Part shown: piece after piece, positions 35,952 to 45,942 of the stretch
Layout of the letters: each line of letters starts with the position of its first letter
Numbering within the stretch: the first letter of the stretch is position 1
NCBI GenBank assembly: GCA_946539555.1
Contig: CAMNHN010000001.1
Location: 1,806 to 65,805, forward strand
From: an uncultured Mollicutes bacterium
GTDB taxonomy: Bacteria; Bacillota_I; Bacilli_A; RFN20; CAG-826
Reading direction: 5' to 3'
Length of the DNA stretch: 64,000 bases
Made by a program: the position numbers and the translations under genes
The notes under the pieces: generated by a model
Told to the model about the DNA's origin: nothing
The model's input: only the letters and a program-made list of their open reading frames with translations
The model's database searches: none

Positions 35952-36473
35952 ATGAAGAACCTATTTTCAAAGAGTATTATTAAAAATATATTTGTTGCAA
36001 TTTTCTTTGCATTATTTGTTCTTTTAAGTGTGATGATTATCTATTTTTCTACTGAAAACGGAGAACAATCGAGTCAAACTAGTGGAACAGTTGGTGAAAT
36101 TGTTGCTACAGCAGCAGATAGTATTGGAATTCACGTAGATAAAAACAGCGACTCTTATAAAAATTTTATAAGAAAGATGTTTGGTCATTTTGGCTTATTT
36201 TTTGCAACATCTCTTGATGCAGTTTTAGTTACATTGCTATTAAAAAATAATCCACATGTGAAGAGAATTGTAAGTTATGTTTTTCTTGGCTATGGTTTAA
36301 TTTTAGCAACAATCACCGAAATTATTCAAACTCAAGCTGGTGAAAGAAGTGGACAATTTGTTGATGTTTTAATTGATTATGCAGGTTTTATTATTCCTTT
36401 AGGAATTTATCTATTATCTTCCTTTATTATATATAGGAAGAACAGAAAAAAATGTAGAATGATCGAGGTATAA
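35952..36473 (+). CDS. VanZ-like family membrane protein
   Basis: 4 TM segments, with the VanZ-type motifs RKMFGHFGLFF and ATITEIIQTQAGERSGQFVDVLIDYAGFIIPLG. Confidence 0.6.
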   Translation: MKNLFSKSIIKNIFVAIFFALFVLLSVMIIYFSTENGEQSSQTSGTVGEIVATAADSIGIHVDKNSDSYKNFIRKMFGHFGLFFATSLDAVLVTLLLKNNPHVKRIVSYVFLGYGLILATITEIIQTQAGERSGQFVDVLIDYAGFIIPLGIYLLSSFIIYRKNRKKCRMIEV

Positions 36474-36474
36474 A

Positions 36475-36756
36475 ATGAACGTGAAGAAATTAAGTGTTTG
36501 TGGTTTTCTAGGATTTGCTTTTTCTTTAGCTTCAGCAGTTTTTGCTTTTCTTTGCTTTTGGTTTTTATATTTATCTTTTGTTGCTTTAGCTTTATCCTTG
36601 ATTGGATTAATAAATTGTTCAATCGGAGTTCACATTTCCAAGAAGAAAAACGATGGCGAAGTTAGAGATTATTCAAATTTTGGATTGAGTTTAAATCTTA
36701 TAATTTTAATTGTGAGTTTATCAATTGCAATAATTTATTTAGTATTTGTATTATAA
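36475..36756 (+). CDS. Small hypothetical membrane protein (93 aa, 3 predicted TM)
   Basis: ORF with a 1-nt gap after the VanZ-like gene. It is hydrophobic and has no recognisable motif. Confidence 0.4.
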   Translation: MNVKKLSVCGFLGFAFSLASAVFAFLCFWFLYLSFVALALSLIGLINCSIGVHISKKKNDGEVRDYSNFGLSLNLIILIVSLSIAIIYLVFVL

Positions 36757-36758
36757 AA

Positions 36759-36787
36759 AACGAAACCATAATGGTTTCGTCTTTTTA
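36759..36787. terminator. Bidirectional terminator (palindromic AAACGAAACCATAATGGTTTCGTCTTTTT)
   Basis: 10-bp stem with an A-run upstream and a T-run downstream. It serves the + operon and also trxA on the minus strand. Confidence 0.7.
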
Positions 36788-36822
36788 AAAATAGTTGAGA
36801 TTTGCAGGCTTTTTTAAAATAA

Positions 36823-37131
36823 TTAAGCGTCAAAAACAAATCTTTCTAATTGTGGAAGTGGTTTAAATCCTGCTGAAATAGCTTTTTGTTCACCATCTTT
36901 AAATACTAAAAGTGTAGGAACAGCATTGACATTAAAGATTGATGCAATTTCGCCAAAATCATCAACATCAATTTTTAAGACTGTAACGTCTGGATGTTTT
37001 TCAGCAAATTTTTCAAGCTCTGGTGTTAACATTTTGCATGGTCCACACCATGTAGCAAAGAAATCTAATAAAACAGTTCCTGATTTAATTGTTTCTTTAA
37101 ATTGTTCAGCGTTTTCTAAGTGAATTAACAT
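36823..37131 (-). CDS. trxA: Thioredoxin
   Basis: WCGPC active site, 102 aa. Confidence 0.95.
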   Translation of the reverse strand: MLIHLENAEQFKETIKSGTVLLDFFATWCGPCKMLTPELEKFAEKHPDVTVLKIDVDDFGEIASIFNVNAVPTLLVFKDGEQKAISAGFKPLPQLERFVFDA

Positions 37132-37143
37132 AAATTTCCTCCT

Positions 37144-38025
37144 TTAAAGCGTTATCAAATATACAACTAAGAAAATAATAACTAGATGAAGTGGATAATA
37201 CAAATAAAATGCACCTTGAACAATCTTATTTGAGAATCCTTTTTTGCCGTTATATAAAAGAATAAATGGAATAGAAATAAGCATATAAGTTTGAGTAACA
37301 AAATTGATGCTAGTAATTGCATCTGGAAAATAAGTAAATATATGACAAATTACTCCTAATAATGCTATTAAAATTGTATAAACAAAGACTCTTGTATTAA
37401 AATCAGATTCTTTTAATGTTGGAATTTTTTCACTAGATTTTGAAATACTTTTTGCAACAAAAGAATAGAGATAATATAAAGCAGGATAAAGCGGGAAAAT
37501 AAATATATTTAGTACTGAATATTGAGGGAAAAGACCTGCTGTGAAGTTTAATAATAATACATTTGAATAAGGAATTATGTTGTTTTGAATAAAGAAAATT
37601 AATAAGTTATAAGCAAATGGGAAAATCGATAACCATCGTAGTTTTTTATTTTTATGAAATAGAAAATGGAAAAAGACAAGAAATAGTAATAGATCAATGA
37701 AAATGTTACCTAAATATTTTATTAAGCTACTAATTTCATTTCCTAAAATAAAAGATGCCCCAATAAATCCTACATAAATAATTCCAGCCATTATCCCCAT
37801 TCTTAACATATATTTTTTGATGTTTTTTGTGTAAATAAAACCTTCAACCAATAGGAAAAGGAAAACTGGATAAGCGATTCTTCCAATAATTGATAAAACT
37901 CTACATGTTAAAGAAAGATTTTCACTGTATGGTAAAAAAACAAGTAGCATTTTTGCTACATGATCTAAGGTCATAGTGAATGCGGCTATACACCTTAATA
38001 TAAAAGAAGAAAATGGTCTTTTCAT
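37144..38025 (-). CDS. TraX-family membrane protein
   Basis: N-terminal LRCIAAFTMTLDHVAKML matches the TraX family consensus (IA..M..DH). It is polytopic. Confidence 0.55.
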   Translation of the reverse strand: MKRPFSSFILRCIAAFTMTLDHVAKMLLVFLPYSENLSLTCRVLSIIGRIAYPVFLFLLVEGFIYTKNIKKYMLRMGIMAGIIYVGFIGASFILGNEISSLIKYLGNIFIDLLLFLVFFHFLFHKNKKLRWLSIFPFAYNLLIFFIQNNIIPYSNVLLLNFTAGLFPQYSVLNIFIFPLYPALYYLYSFVAKSISKSSEKIPTLKESDFNTRVFVYTILIALLGVICHIFTYFPDAITSINFVTQTYMLISIPFILLYNGKKGFSNKIVQGAFYLYYPLHLVIIFLVVYLITL

Positions 38026-38028
38026 TTG

Positions 38029-38964
38029 TTAAGAGTATTGTCTAAGAATCAATTGAATAATTAATGCAAATAAATTGTTTGTAGCGTGAGCAATAAAACT
38101 ACATTCAAATCCACCATAATCATAAAAATAGCAAAGCATTAAGCCTGAAACAATATAACTTGGAAGATTCATAAATTCATTTAACATATCTGTTGAAGCA
38201 AAATCGAAGTGGATAAGACCAAAAATTATAGCTGTAGCAATATAAGCGACATATCTATTCCATCTTCTTACTAAATTAAATAAACCAACTCTATATGTGA
38301 ATTCTTCAACAAAAGGTCCAATTATCCCCATTATTAATATTGATAATAGTGGATAAACTTCAGTGATTGATCTAACTCCTGTTTCGTTATTATTTACGCC
38401 ACCATCATAAAAAAGCATCATCAAAGCGGAAACAGCAGCAGAAACAACTAAAAGCAAGAATCCAAAACCAAATCCTTGAGCCCATTTTGAAAATTTATTT
38501 AAATTTTTAAAACAATCGATTATATCCTTATTTGCAATGCATAAAAATGTTCCAAAAATTATAAGATAAAGAGAAAAATTGACCGAAGCACTACCTTGAG
38601 TGGTGTAAGCAAAATATGCATTATCTAAGGCACCAATTATTGCTCTATAAATCATTCCTAAGGCATTAATTCCAATAAGCCCAATAATAAAATATAAAAG
38701 CATTTTTATAACATTGAAATTATTTGCTTTTGTAGGAAAATCAAAAAATTTAATTGGTTTTTGTTCGATGGCTATGGTATTTTCTTGTTTTTGTTCTTGA
38801 GTAGCTTCTTGTGATTTGCTCTCGGTATTGTTTTCTGTTTGCTCAAAAGAAGTAGCAGATTTTTCGCTTTCTTCACTTTGTTGAGGATGACCGCAATAAG
38901 GGCAATATTTTACATTGTCATCTATTAATAAACCACATTTAATACACTTAGTTTTTTGATTCAT
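38029..38964 (-). CDS. CPBP-family (CAAX/Abi) intramembrane glutamic protease with an N-terminal zinc ribbon
   Basis: N-terminal CIKCGLLIDDNVKYCPYCGH, an E/Q-rich linker, and the CPBP motifs EEFTYRVG (EExxxR), FGLIH (FxxxH) and HATNN (HxxxN). Confidence 0.85.
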   Translation of the reverse strand: MNQKTKCIKCGLLIDDNVKYCPYCGHPQQSEESEKSATSFEQTENNTESKSQEATQEQKQENTIAIEQKPIKFFDFPTKANNFNVIKMLLYFIIGLIGINALGMIYRAIIGALDNAYFAYTTQGSASVNFSLYLIIFGTFLCIANKDIIDCFKNLNKFSKWAQGFGFGFLLLVVSAAVSALMMLFYDGGVNNNETGVRSITEVYPLLSILIMGIIGPFVEEFTYRVGLFNLVRRWNRYVAYIATAIIFGLIHFDFASTDMLNEFMNLPSYIVSGLMLCYFYDYGGFECSFIAHATNNLFALIIQLILRQYS

Positions 38965-38995
38965 ATGTTAATTATAATATAATAATAAATAATTT

Positions 38996-39604
38996 ATGAA
39001 AAATTATTTAACGCCAGCAGAAAAAAGTTTTAATCAAATCGAAGTAGAGAAGTCCAAATTTATTGGAATTATTCTCCCTTTTAATGATAAAAGTAAACTA
39101 CAAGAAGAACTAACTGCAATAAAAAAAGAATATCCAAAGGCAAGACACTATTGCTATGCCTATAAAGTTGGTGAAGAAAGCAAATTTAGTGATGATGGAG
39201 AACCATCAGGCACAGCTGGAAAGCCAATTCTTTCACAAATTGAACAAAGCAATTTAACTAATTGTTTGCTTGTTGTTGTTAGGTATTTTGGTGGAACTTT
39301 ATTAGGAAGTGGAAGATTATTAAGAACTTATCTAGAAGCAGCAAAGCAAATTGCTGAAAAATGTAGGAAATTCGAACTAATAATCTCGCAAAAGTGGCGT
39401 ATTTTTGTAGAAATTGATAATTTTGAGGTTGTAAAAAAATACTTAATTAGAAACAAATTTTTTATCATTAATATTTTATTTAATGATAAAATATGCATAG
39501 ACTTTGCAGTACCTTTAGATACATCTCAAAACATTGAAGAGGCGCTTTATGGTAAAATTGAAGTCGTTGGAAAAGTTGATTATTTATATAGGAGGGAAAT
39601 CTAA
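38996..39604 (+). CDS. yigZ: IMPACT-family protein YigZ (UPF0029 plus DUF1949)
   Basis: HYCYAYKVGEESKFSDDGEPSGTAGKPIL signature block. Confidence 0.85.
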   Translation: MKNYLTPAEKSFNQIEVEKSKFIGIILPFNDKSKLQEELTAIKKEYPKARHYCYAYKVGEESKFSDDGEPSGTAGKPILSQIEQSNLTNCLLVVVRYFGGTLLGSGRLLRTYLEAAKQIAEKCRKFELIISQKWRIFVEIDNFEVVKKYLIRNKFFIINILFNDKICIDFAVPLDTSQNIEEALYGKIEVVGKVDYLYRREI

Positions 39605-40377
39605 TGCCAGGAATTGAAAGAGTAGTTGCTAATGATGAAACAAAAATTAAGCATTGTTATGCGATTGTTAGTGGCAAAGGCGGTGTTGGAAAATCATTTG
39701 TTACATCACTTTTAGCAAGTAGAGCTAGAGCAAAAGGCTATAAAGTAGGAATTTTAGATGGTGATATTGTTGGTCCATCAATTCCAAAATTATTTAATAT
39801 TCATGAAGTTGCTTATGGAAACGAAAAGCAACATATTGTACCTGCATTAACAGAATCTGGTATAAAAATCATTTCTTCAAATTTGATGGTTGAACATGAA
39901 GATGATCCAATCATTTGGAGAGGAAGTTTAGTTACTTCGCTTTTAAAACAATTTTATACAGAAGTTGCTTGGGGAGATGTTGACTTTTTATTTTTAGATA
40001 TGCCACCAGGAACTAGCGACGTAACTTTAACTGCATTCCAATCTATTCCTATTGACGGTGTAATTATTGTTACTTCGCCTCAAGAACTCGTCTCTTTAAT
40101 CGTCAAAAAAGCGATAAAGATGGCAAAAATGATGAATATTCCTATTATTGGAATTGTTGAAAACATGTCATATTTAGAGTGCCCACATTGTAAGGAAAAG
40201 ATTAATCTTTATGGTAAATCAAAACTTGAAGAGTATGCAAAAGAAAACGAATTAACTCCACTTTGTGCTTTACCTCTTAGACCTGACATGAGTGAACTTT
40301 TAGATTCAGAAAAAGTTGAAGAAGTTGCAAAACATTTCGATGAGATTGACAAAGTTTTAGAAGTTTTGGAGAAATAA
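39604..40377 (+). CDS. Mrp/NBP35-family iron-sulfur cluster carrier ATPase (ApbC-like)
   Basis: Deviant Walker A SGKGGVGKSFV and a CPHC motif. Confidence 0.9.
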   Translation: MPGIERVVANDETKIKHCYAIVSGKGGVGKSFVTSLLASRARAKGYKVGILDGDIVGPSIPKLFNIHEVAYGNEKQHIVPALTESGIKIISSNLMVEHEDDPIIWRGSLVTSLLKQFYTEVAWGDVDFLFLDMPPGTSDVTLTAFQSIPIDGVIIVTSPQELVSLIVKKAIKMAKMMNIPIIGIVENMSYLECPHCKEKINLYGKSKLEEYAKENELTPLCALPLRPDMSELLDSEKVEEVAKHFDEIDKVLEVLEK

Positions 40378-40378
40378 A

Positions 40379-41644
40379 ATGATTACAACAAAAGAATTTA
40401 TAAAAAGAAGAGAAAGACTTGCTGAAAAAATGGATGACAACAGCATCGCCATTTTATATGGTGGTTTTCCTCCGAAAAATAGTGCTGATGAAACTTATGA
40501 TTTTGTTGTGAATAGAAATTTCTATTATTTATCTAATATAAAACAAGAAAACTCTGTTTTATTTATCTTGAAACAAGATGGATTAATTAAAGAATATTTA
40601 TTTGTTTCAGAATTTGATGAAGTTAAAGAAAAATGGACAGGTAAAAGATTAACAATTGAAGAAGCTGAAAAATTGAGCGGAGTTCAAAATGTTCTTACAA
40701 CCAACCAAGTTGAAAGCGAATTAGATCTTATTTTACGTAAGAAGAATGTTGGTTTTGAAAGAGTTTCAACTATTTATTTAGATAAAGAACCTGAATGTTT
40801 GCTTGAAGGCTTTAAAACGACTGAAGATGTTGAAAAAGCGTTACTTGCAAATTATCCTTGGTTAAAAGCTAAAGATATCTATGGCGATATAATTTCTTTA
40901 AGAGTTGTTAAAAGCAAAGATGAAGTAGCAGAACTTCAAGCTGCAATTGATAAAACAAATATTGGATTAAAAACATTGATGAAATCGATGAAACCAGGAA
41001 AATTTGAGTATCAATTATCATCACTTTTTTACTACACTCTTCAAGATTATGATTATAGCGAATTAAGTTTTCCTACAATTTGTGCTTCTGGAGTAAATGC
41101 CACAACTTTACACTACCCAACTCCAATGGCAAAAATTAAAGAAAACGATCTCGTTTTATTTGATTTAGGTGTAAGAAATGAAGTGTATTGTGCAGATATT
41201 TCACGTACTTACCCAGTTTCAGGTAAATTTTCACCATTACAAAGAACAATTTATCAAATTGTCTTAGATACTAATAAATTAGTTTTAGCTAGTATAAAAC
41301 CAGGAATTACCTTAATTGAATTAAATAATATTGCTAAAGAATCTCTTGCAAAAGGATGCTTAGAAGCAGGATTAATCAAAGATGCTAGTGAAATTTCTAA
41401 ATATTATTTCCATTCAGTTAGTCATCATTTAGGTTTAGATACTCATGATCCTGCTGATAGAGAAGCTCCACTTGTTGCCGGAAACGTCATCACTGATGAA
41501 CCAGGTTTATATTTTAAAGAACTTGGAATCGGAGTAAGAATTGAAGATGATGTTTTAGTTACTGATGAAGGTAGCTATTGCTTAAGTGGTGCAATTATTA
41601 AAGAAATTGATGAAATCGAAAAAGCAATGGGGTCAGTTAAATGA
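40379..41644 (+). CDS. pepP: M24-family Xaa-Pro aminopeptidase
   Basis: Pita-bread metal ligands (DLGVRNEVYCADISRT, HHLGLDTHD, EPGLYF...IEDD). Confidence 0.85.
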   Translation: MITTKEFIKRRERLAEKMDDNSIAILYGGFPPKNSADETYDFVVNRNFYYLSNIKQENSVLFILKQDGLIKEYLFVSEFDEVKEKWTGKRLTIEEAEKLSGVQNVLTTNQVESELDLILRKKNVGFERVSTIYLDKEPECLLEGFKTTEDVEKALLANYPWLKAKDIYGDIISLRVVKSKDEVAELQAAIDKTNIGLKTLMKSMKPGKFEYQLSSLFYYTLQDYDYSELSFPTICASGVNATTLHYPTPMAKIKENDLVLFDLGVRNEVYCADISRTYPVSGKFSPLQRTIYQIVLDTNKLVLASIKPGITLIELNNIAKESLAKGCLEAGLIKDASEISKYYFHSVSHHLGLDTHDPADREAPLVAGNVITDEPGLYFKELGIGVRIEDDVLVTDEGSYCLSGAIIKEIDEIEKAMGSVK

Positions 41645-42288
41645 TAAAGAACATTTTCTTCGATTTTAACGGAACAATACTTGATGATCTTCAAGTATGT
41701 TTTGAAATTGAAAGTGAAATGTTTGAAATGGAAGGACTTCCTCAAATTACTTTAGAATTTTATAAAGATAATTTTTCTTTCCCTGTTAGAGAATACTATA
41801 AAAAAGTTGGTTTCGATGTAATTAATGATGAAGACTATGACCGCTTAGCTAAGTATTTCTTTAACGAATATACAAAGCGTCAAGCAGCTGAAAGTAAACT
41901 TTATGATGGTTTAATTGAATGTCTTTCCAAACTTAAAAATGATGGATATAAACTTTTTATTTTAACTGCTACTGAAAGAAAATTATTGGTAGAACAATTA
42001 AAATATCTAGGAATTGCAGAGTTTTTTGATGGATTTGCTGCTTGCGATGATATTCATGCAGGTGGAAAAATCGAATATGGAAGAGAATTTATTAAAGAAA
42101 ATAAACTTGATCCGAAAGAATCAATTATGATTGGGGATTGCATTCATGACTATGAAGTTGCTAATGAAATTGGATTAAAACCTGTTTTATTTTCTCAAGG
42201 TCATAACAGCTTGAAATTATTAAAAACTGTAAATGCTCCAATAGTAAATTCTTATGAAGAATTTTACGAATTTGTAAAAAAGCATTAA
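41641..42288 (+). CDS. HAD-family hydrolase (phosphoglycolate phosphatase/PpaX-like) with a non-canonical motif I (FDFNGT)
   Basis: hhhDFNGTILDD in place of DxDGT, a motif II T, and a C-terminal GDCIHD motif. Confidence 0.65.
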   Translation: MIKNIFFDFNGTILDDLQVCFEIESEMFEMEGLPQITLEFYKDNFSFPVREYYKKVGFDVINDEDYDRLAKYFFNEYTKRQAAESKLYDGLIECLSKLKNDGYKLFILTATERKLLVEQLKYLGIAEFFDGFAACDDIHAGGKIEYGREFIKENKLDPKESIMIGDCIHDYEVANEIGLKPVLFSQGHNSLKLLKTVNAPIVNSYEEFYEFVKKH

Positions 42289-42386
42289 TAAATTTTTAAA
42301 ATGTAAAAATAAATGTTCTTTTTAATTCAAAAGAACATTTTTTATATATATAATAATTGCATTATTAATGAAGGGAGGAAGAAGCT

Positions 42387-43103
42387 ATGGCAGAAGAGCA
42401 AATTAGACTAACTGGTATAAGTAAAATTTATGGTAATGCTCAGAAAAAAGAAGCTGAGATTATAGCGCTTTCTGATGCAACTTTTTCTATTAATAAAGGC
42501 GAACTTGTTTTTATTTTAGGTCCAAGTGGAGCTGGTAAATCTACTCTTTTAAATATTTTAGGCGGAATGGATAAAGCAACAAGTGGCGAATATATAATAA
42601 ACGGAAAAGATATTACAAAGCTGAATGAAACCGAACTTGCTAAATTTAGACGTAGTGAAATCGGCTTTGTTTTCCAATTTTATAATCTTGTCCCTTCACT
42701 TAATGCTTATGAAAATGTTTATTTAGCTTCATCCTTAGTTTCTAAACACTATGACCCTTCAAAAATGTTAGAACTTGTTGGATTAAAAAATAGAGAAAAG
42801 AATTTCCCAGCACAACTTTCTGGTGGAGAACAACAACGTGTTGCTATTGCTAGAGCTTTAGTTAAAAATCCAACTTTATTACTTTGCGATGAACCAACGG
42901 GGGCTCTAGATTCTAAAACTGGCGCACAAATTATGAACCTTTTATATAAGGTTTCAAAAGAAGAAAAGAAGACTGTTATCGTTGTTACTCATAATAGAGC
43001 ATTAACAGTTATTGCAAATAGAATTATAGAAATTCAAGATGGAAGGATAGTTTCTAATAAAGTAATTGACCATCCTAAATCAGTAGAAGAGATTGAATGG
43101 TAG
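42387..43103 (+). CDS. ABC transporter ATP-binding protein (MacB/LolD/FtsE-like)
   Basis: Walker [13 protein letters not shown] signature [15 protein letters not shown], and Walker [13 protein letters not shown]. Confidence 0.9.
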   Translation: MAEEQIRLTGISKIYGNAQKKEAEIIALSDATFSINKGELVFILGPSGAGKSTLLNILGGMDKATSGEYIINGKDITKLNETELAKFRRSEIGFVFQFYNLVPSLNAYENVYLASSLVSKHYDPSKMLELVGLKNREKNFPAQLSGGEQQRVAIARALVKNPTLLLCDEPTGALDSKTGAQIMNLLYKVSKEEKKTVIVVTHNRALTVIANRIIEIQDGRIVSNKVIDHPKSVEEIEW

Positions 43104-45863
43104 ATGAGGACATTTAAAGTTTTATTAAAAAAATGTTTTAGAGAGATACTTCGAAATTGGCATCAATTTATTTCGATTATTTTTATCATTGGAATTTCAG
43201 TTACTCTTTTAGTTGGTCTTGATGCAAATGCAAACGAATTTGAAAGAAGAGTAAATTCTGTTTTTGAACAAGGAAATATTTCAGATGTTTGGGTTATGAT
43301 TAATCCAGATTTTACTAATACTGAAGATTTAGATAACGATTTAAAATTTTTAGATGGTGTTAGTGGAGAAAATGGAAAAGTAGAAAAAAGACTTTATGTT
43401 CCAAGCAATGTTGGTTCAAGCAGTGCAACTGCTTTAATTAGTGATAAATTTCCAACAATTAACACAGCTTATGATATAAAAAGTAACGGATATGAAGATA
43501 AAAATTTCTTTTTTGTAGATAATACGGTTGTTGAAAAATATGAATTTATAAACGGAAAAACAGTTCATTTAGGTGATGAATTACCAGTTTCTTTCCAACC
43601 AGCTTTAATCAAAGGAATGCTTGGAGGACTTAAACTTGATAATGAATTAATTTATTCTTTAGTCGATGATATTGCTGAAAATTTTGATTTAACAGATAGC
43701 CAAAAAGCAATAATTAGAACAATAGTCGATAATAACATTGATTCAATTTCAGAATCTATCAATGGAATTTATGATGAAATTTTCACTGATGAAAACTTAA
43801 CATTTAAGTTCAAAGTTAATGGAATTATGCATCATCCTGAAAATGTTGATAACGGAACATTTGTATCTTCTAACTTCTTGCTGTCAACTAGACTTCTTAT
43901 CTCAGGATTAATTGATAAAGCTGAAGATTTGATTGATGTAGAAGACGTTATTCATCTTTTAGAAAACATTAGAGATGATCAAGAAACTCAAGAAGCAAAA
44001 GATTTCTATCAAGATTTGATTAACTCTTTAAATGAAGATGAAACAAAAACTACAATTAATACACTTATTGGTGTACTTGTAACCAATTTAAAACTAAGAA
44101 TTAATGATGGAGAATCAGAATCCGTTGAACGTATTATTAATCATTTATTCAATCAAGTAACGATGATTATCGATGAAAATTTAGATTTAAATACTGTTGA
44201 ATACCAAATTAATTCTTATTATAAAAAGAAAGAAAACAATAATTTGTTAGCAATTATGACTCATTCAAGTAACGGATCAATTGCGGCAATTGTTAATGAC
44301 ATCACTCAATCTCGACAATTAACATATGTTTTCCCAGTTATATTTATGATTGTTGGTGTTTTAATTGTTTTAACAACAATTTCACAACTAATTTTAAGAG
44401 ATAGAACTCAAATTGGAACTTTAAAAGCATTAGGTTTTAGTAGAAGACAAATTCTTTTCTATTATTTTGGAATGATGAATTTAATTGGTGTTTTAGGGTG
44501 TTTAGTTGGATTTATTGTAGGCCCACTTGTTATTCCTACAATTATGGACATTAAATTTACAATACTTTATAACATTCCAGCTCGACTCTATAGTTTCCCA
44601 TGGTTGATGGCTCTAATTATGCTTTTAATTATTGTTACTTTAATCACATCACTTACATATATATTAATAAGAAGGGAACTTGCAAATAGTGCTGCTGAAT
44701 CAATGAGGCCTGCATCACCAAATATCAATTACTCAAATAAAATTAATCATAAATTTAGATATGTCTCTTTAGCTATGGCTTTAAGAAATATGAGAGTCCA
44801 TTTAGCTAAATCAGTTATGGTTATCATTGGTGTTTTAGGTTGTACAGCGCTACTTATCTGTGGATTTGGTATTGATGATACGATTGAAAACGGAAAAGAT
44901 TGGGATTTAAAGAATTATCTAAACAGTGATTTGACAATTACTTTGACTTCTGGAGTCACAAAAGGAAAAGCAAAAGAAGAACTATTGACATATGAAGAAG
45001 TAGATAAATGTGAAGAATATGCTTTAAGCCAAGTTTCTATTAGTTCTAAAAACATGACAATTACGACGAATGTTTATTATTTTGATGCTGAATCAAGTTT
45101 CTTTGGATATGATGATGAACTTCCAGATGGACATTGGGACTATTCAAAAATTGCTATTTCAGAGCAAAAAGCCAATAAACTTAACGTTAAAGCGGGTGAT
45201 AAACTTACATTTAGCATTAATGGTGAAATTAGAACTTATGAGGTAGCTGTCGTACTTTTTGCTTTCTCGGTAAACGGAATTTATATTTATTATCAAACTA
45301 TTCCTGATTACGCATCAACCTCAACAAATATGTGGTGCAATCTTAAAGAAGGTGTAGATGCTAATAAATTTAAAGAAAAACTAGAGAATGAATCTGACTT
45401 AATTTATTCAATTTTAACTAGACAAGATAATGACGATAGAATCGAAGGTTATATGTCTAGTGTTAAGATGCTCACGGGAACAATTAAAGTATTTGCAATC
45501 CTTCTTGCAGTTGTTGTTTTGATTAATATTTCTATTTTAAATTTCAACGAAAGAAAACGTGAAATCGCTACTTTAAGAGTACTTGGTTTTTCAAGAAAAG
45601 AAATTGCTTCAAGTATTGTTATTGAAACAATGCTTCTTACAACGATTGGCGCAGCTATAGGTTTATTCTTTGGATTACCTATGGAAATGCTTGTTTTAGG
45701 AATTAACCAGGTTGAACTTATTTACCGGAAATACGTTATTTTCGTTATCAGTTATATTATGGCGTTTATGATATCTTTTGTTACGGCGTCCCTTGTAAAT
45801 ATTTTTGTTTCTTTAAGAATAAATAAAGTAAAAATGGCAGAATCTTTAAAATCTGTTGAGTAA
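43104..45863 (+). CDS. FtsX-family ABC permease with two FtsX modules and large extracytoplasmic domains (919 aa)
   Basis: TM1 followed by a roughly 380-aa extracellular region, then the first FtsX 3-TM module (about residues 400-520), then a second extracellular region, then the C-terminal FtsX module. It overlaps the ATPase stop by 1 nt. Confidence 0.8.
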   Translation: MRTFKVLLKKCFREILRNWHQFISIIFIIGISVTLLVGLDANANEFERRVNSVFEQGNISDVWVMINPDFTNTEDLDNDLKFLDGVSGENGKVEKRLYVPSNVGSSSATALISDKFPTINTAYDIKSNGYEDKNFFFVDNTVVEKYEFINGKTVHLGDELPVSFQPALIKGMLGGLKLDNELIYSLVDDIAENFDLTDSQKAIIRTIVDNNIDSISESINGIYDEIFTDENLTFKFKVNGIMHHPENVDNGTFVSSNFLLSTRLLISGLIDKAEDLIDVEDVIHLLENIRDDQETQEAKDFYQDLINSLNEDETKTTINTLIGVLVTNLKLRINDGESESVERIINHLFNQVTMIIDENLDLNTVEYQINSYYKKKENNNLLAIMTHSSNGSIAAIVNDITQSRQLTYVFPVIFMIVGVLIVLTTISQLILRDRTQIGTLKALGFSRRQILFYYFGMMNLIGVLGCLVGFIVGPLVIPTIMDIKFTILYNIPARLYSFPWLMALIMLLIIVTLITSLTYILIRRELANSAAESMRPASPNINYSNKINHKFRYVSLAMALRNMRVHLAKSVMVIIGVLGCTALLICGFGIDDTIENGKDWDLKNYLNSDLTITLTSGVTKGKAKEELLTYEEVDKCEEYALSQVSISSKNMTITTNVYYFDAESSFFGYDDELPDGHWDYSKIAISEQKANKLNVKAGDKLTFSINGEIRTYEVAVVLFAFSVNGIYIYYQTIPDYASTSTNMWCNLKEGVDANKFKEKLENESDLIYSILTRQDNDDRIEGYMSSVKMLTGTIKVFAILLAVVVLINISILNFNERKREIATLRVLGFSRKEIASSIVIETMLLTTIGAAIGLFFGLPMEMLVLGINQVELIYRKYVIFVISYIMAFMISFVTASLVNIFVSLRINKVKMAESLKSVE

Positions 45864-45887
45864 AAACCTTGCAAAAATCAATTATTT
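45861..45887 (+). repeat. 27-nt element TAAAAACCTTGCAAAA(A/C)TCAATTATTT, copy 2 (copy 1 at 8278..8304)
   Basis: 26 of 27 nt identical between the two loci. This copy begins at the permease stop codon, and the other lies in the MFS/HAD-IIA intergenic region. Confidence 0.6.
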
Positions 45888-45897
45888 ACTAATAAAA

Positions 45898-45929
45898 AAG
45901 GGTGTCAAGTAAAAATACTTGACACCTTT
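45898..45929. terminator. Strong bidirectional terminator between the ABC permease (+) and typA (-)
   Basis: 14-bp stem AAGGGTGTCAAGTA/TACTTGACACCTTT with loop AAAA, an A-run upstream and a T-rich stretch downstream. Confidence 0.8.
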
Positions 45930-45942
45930 ATTTGTTTAAATT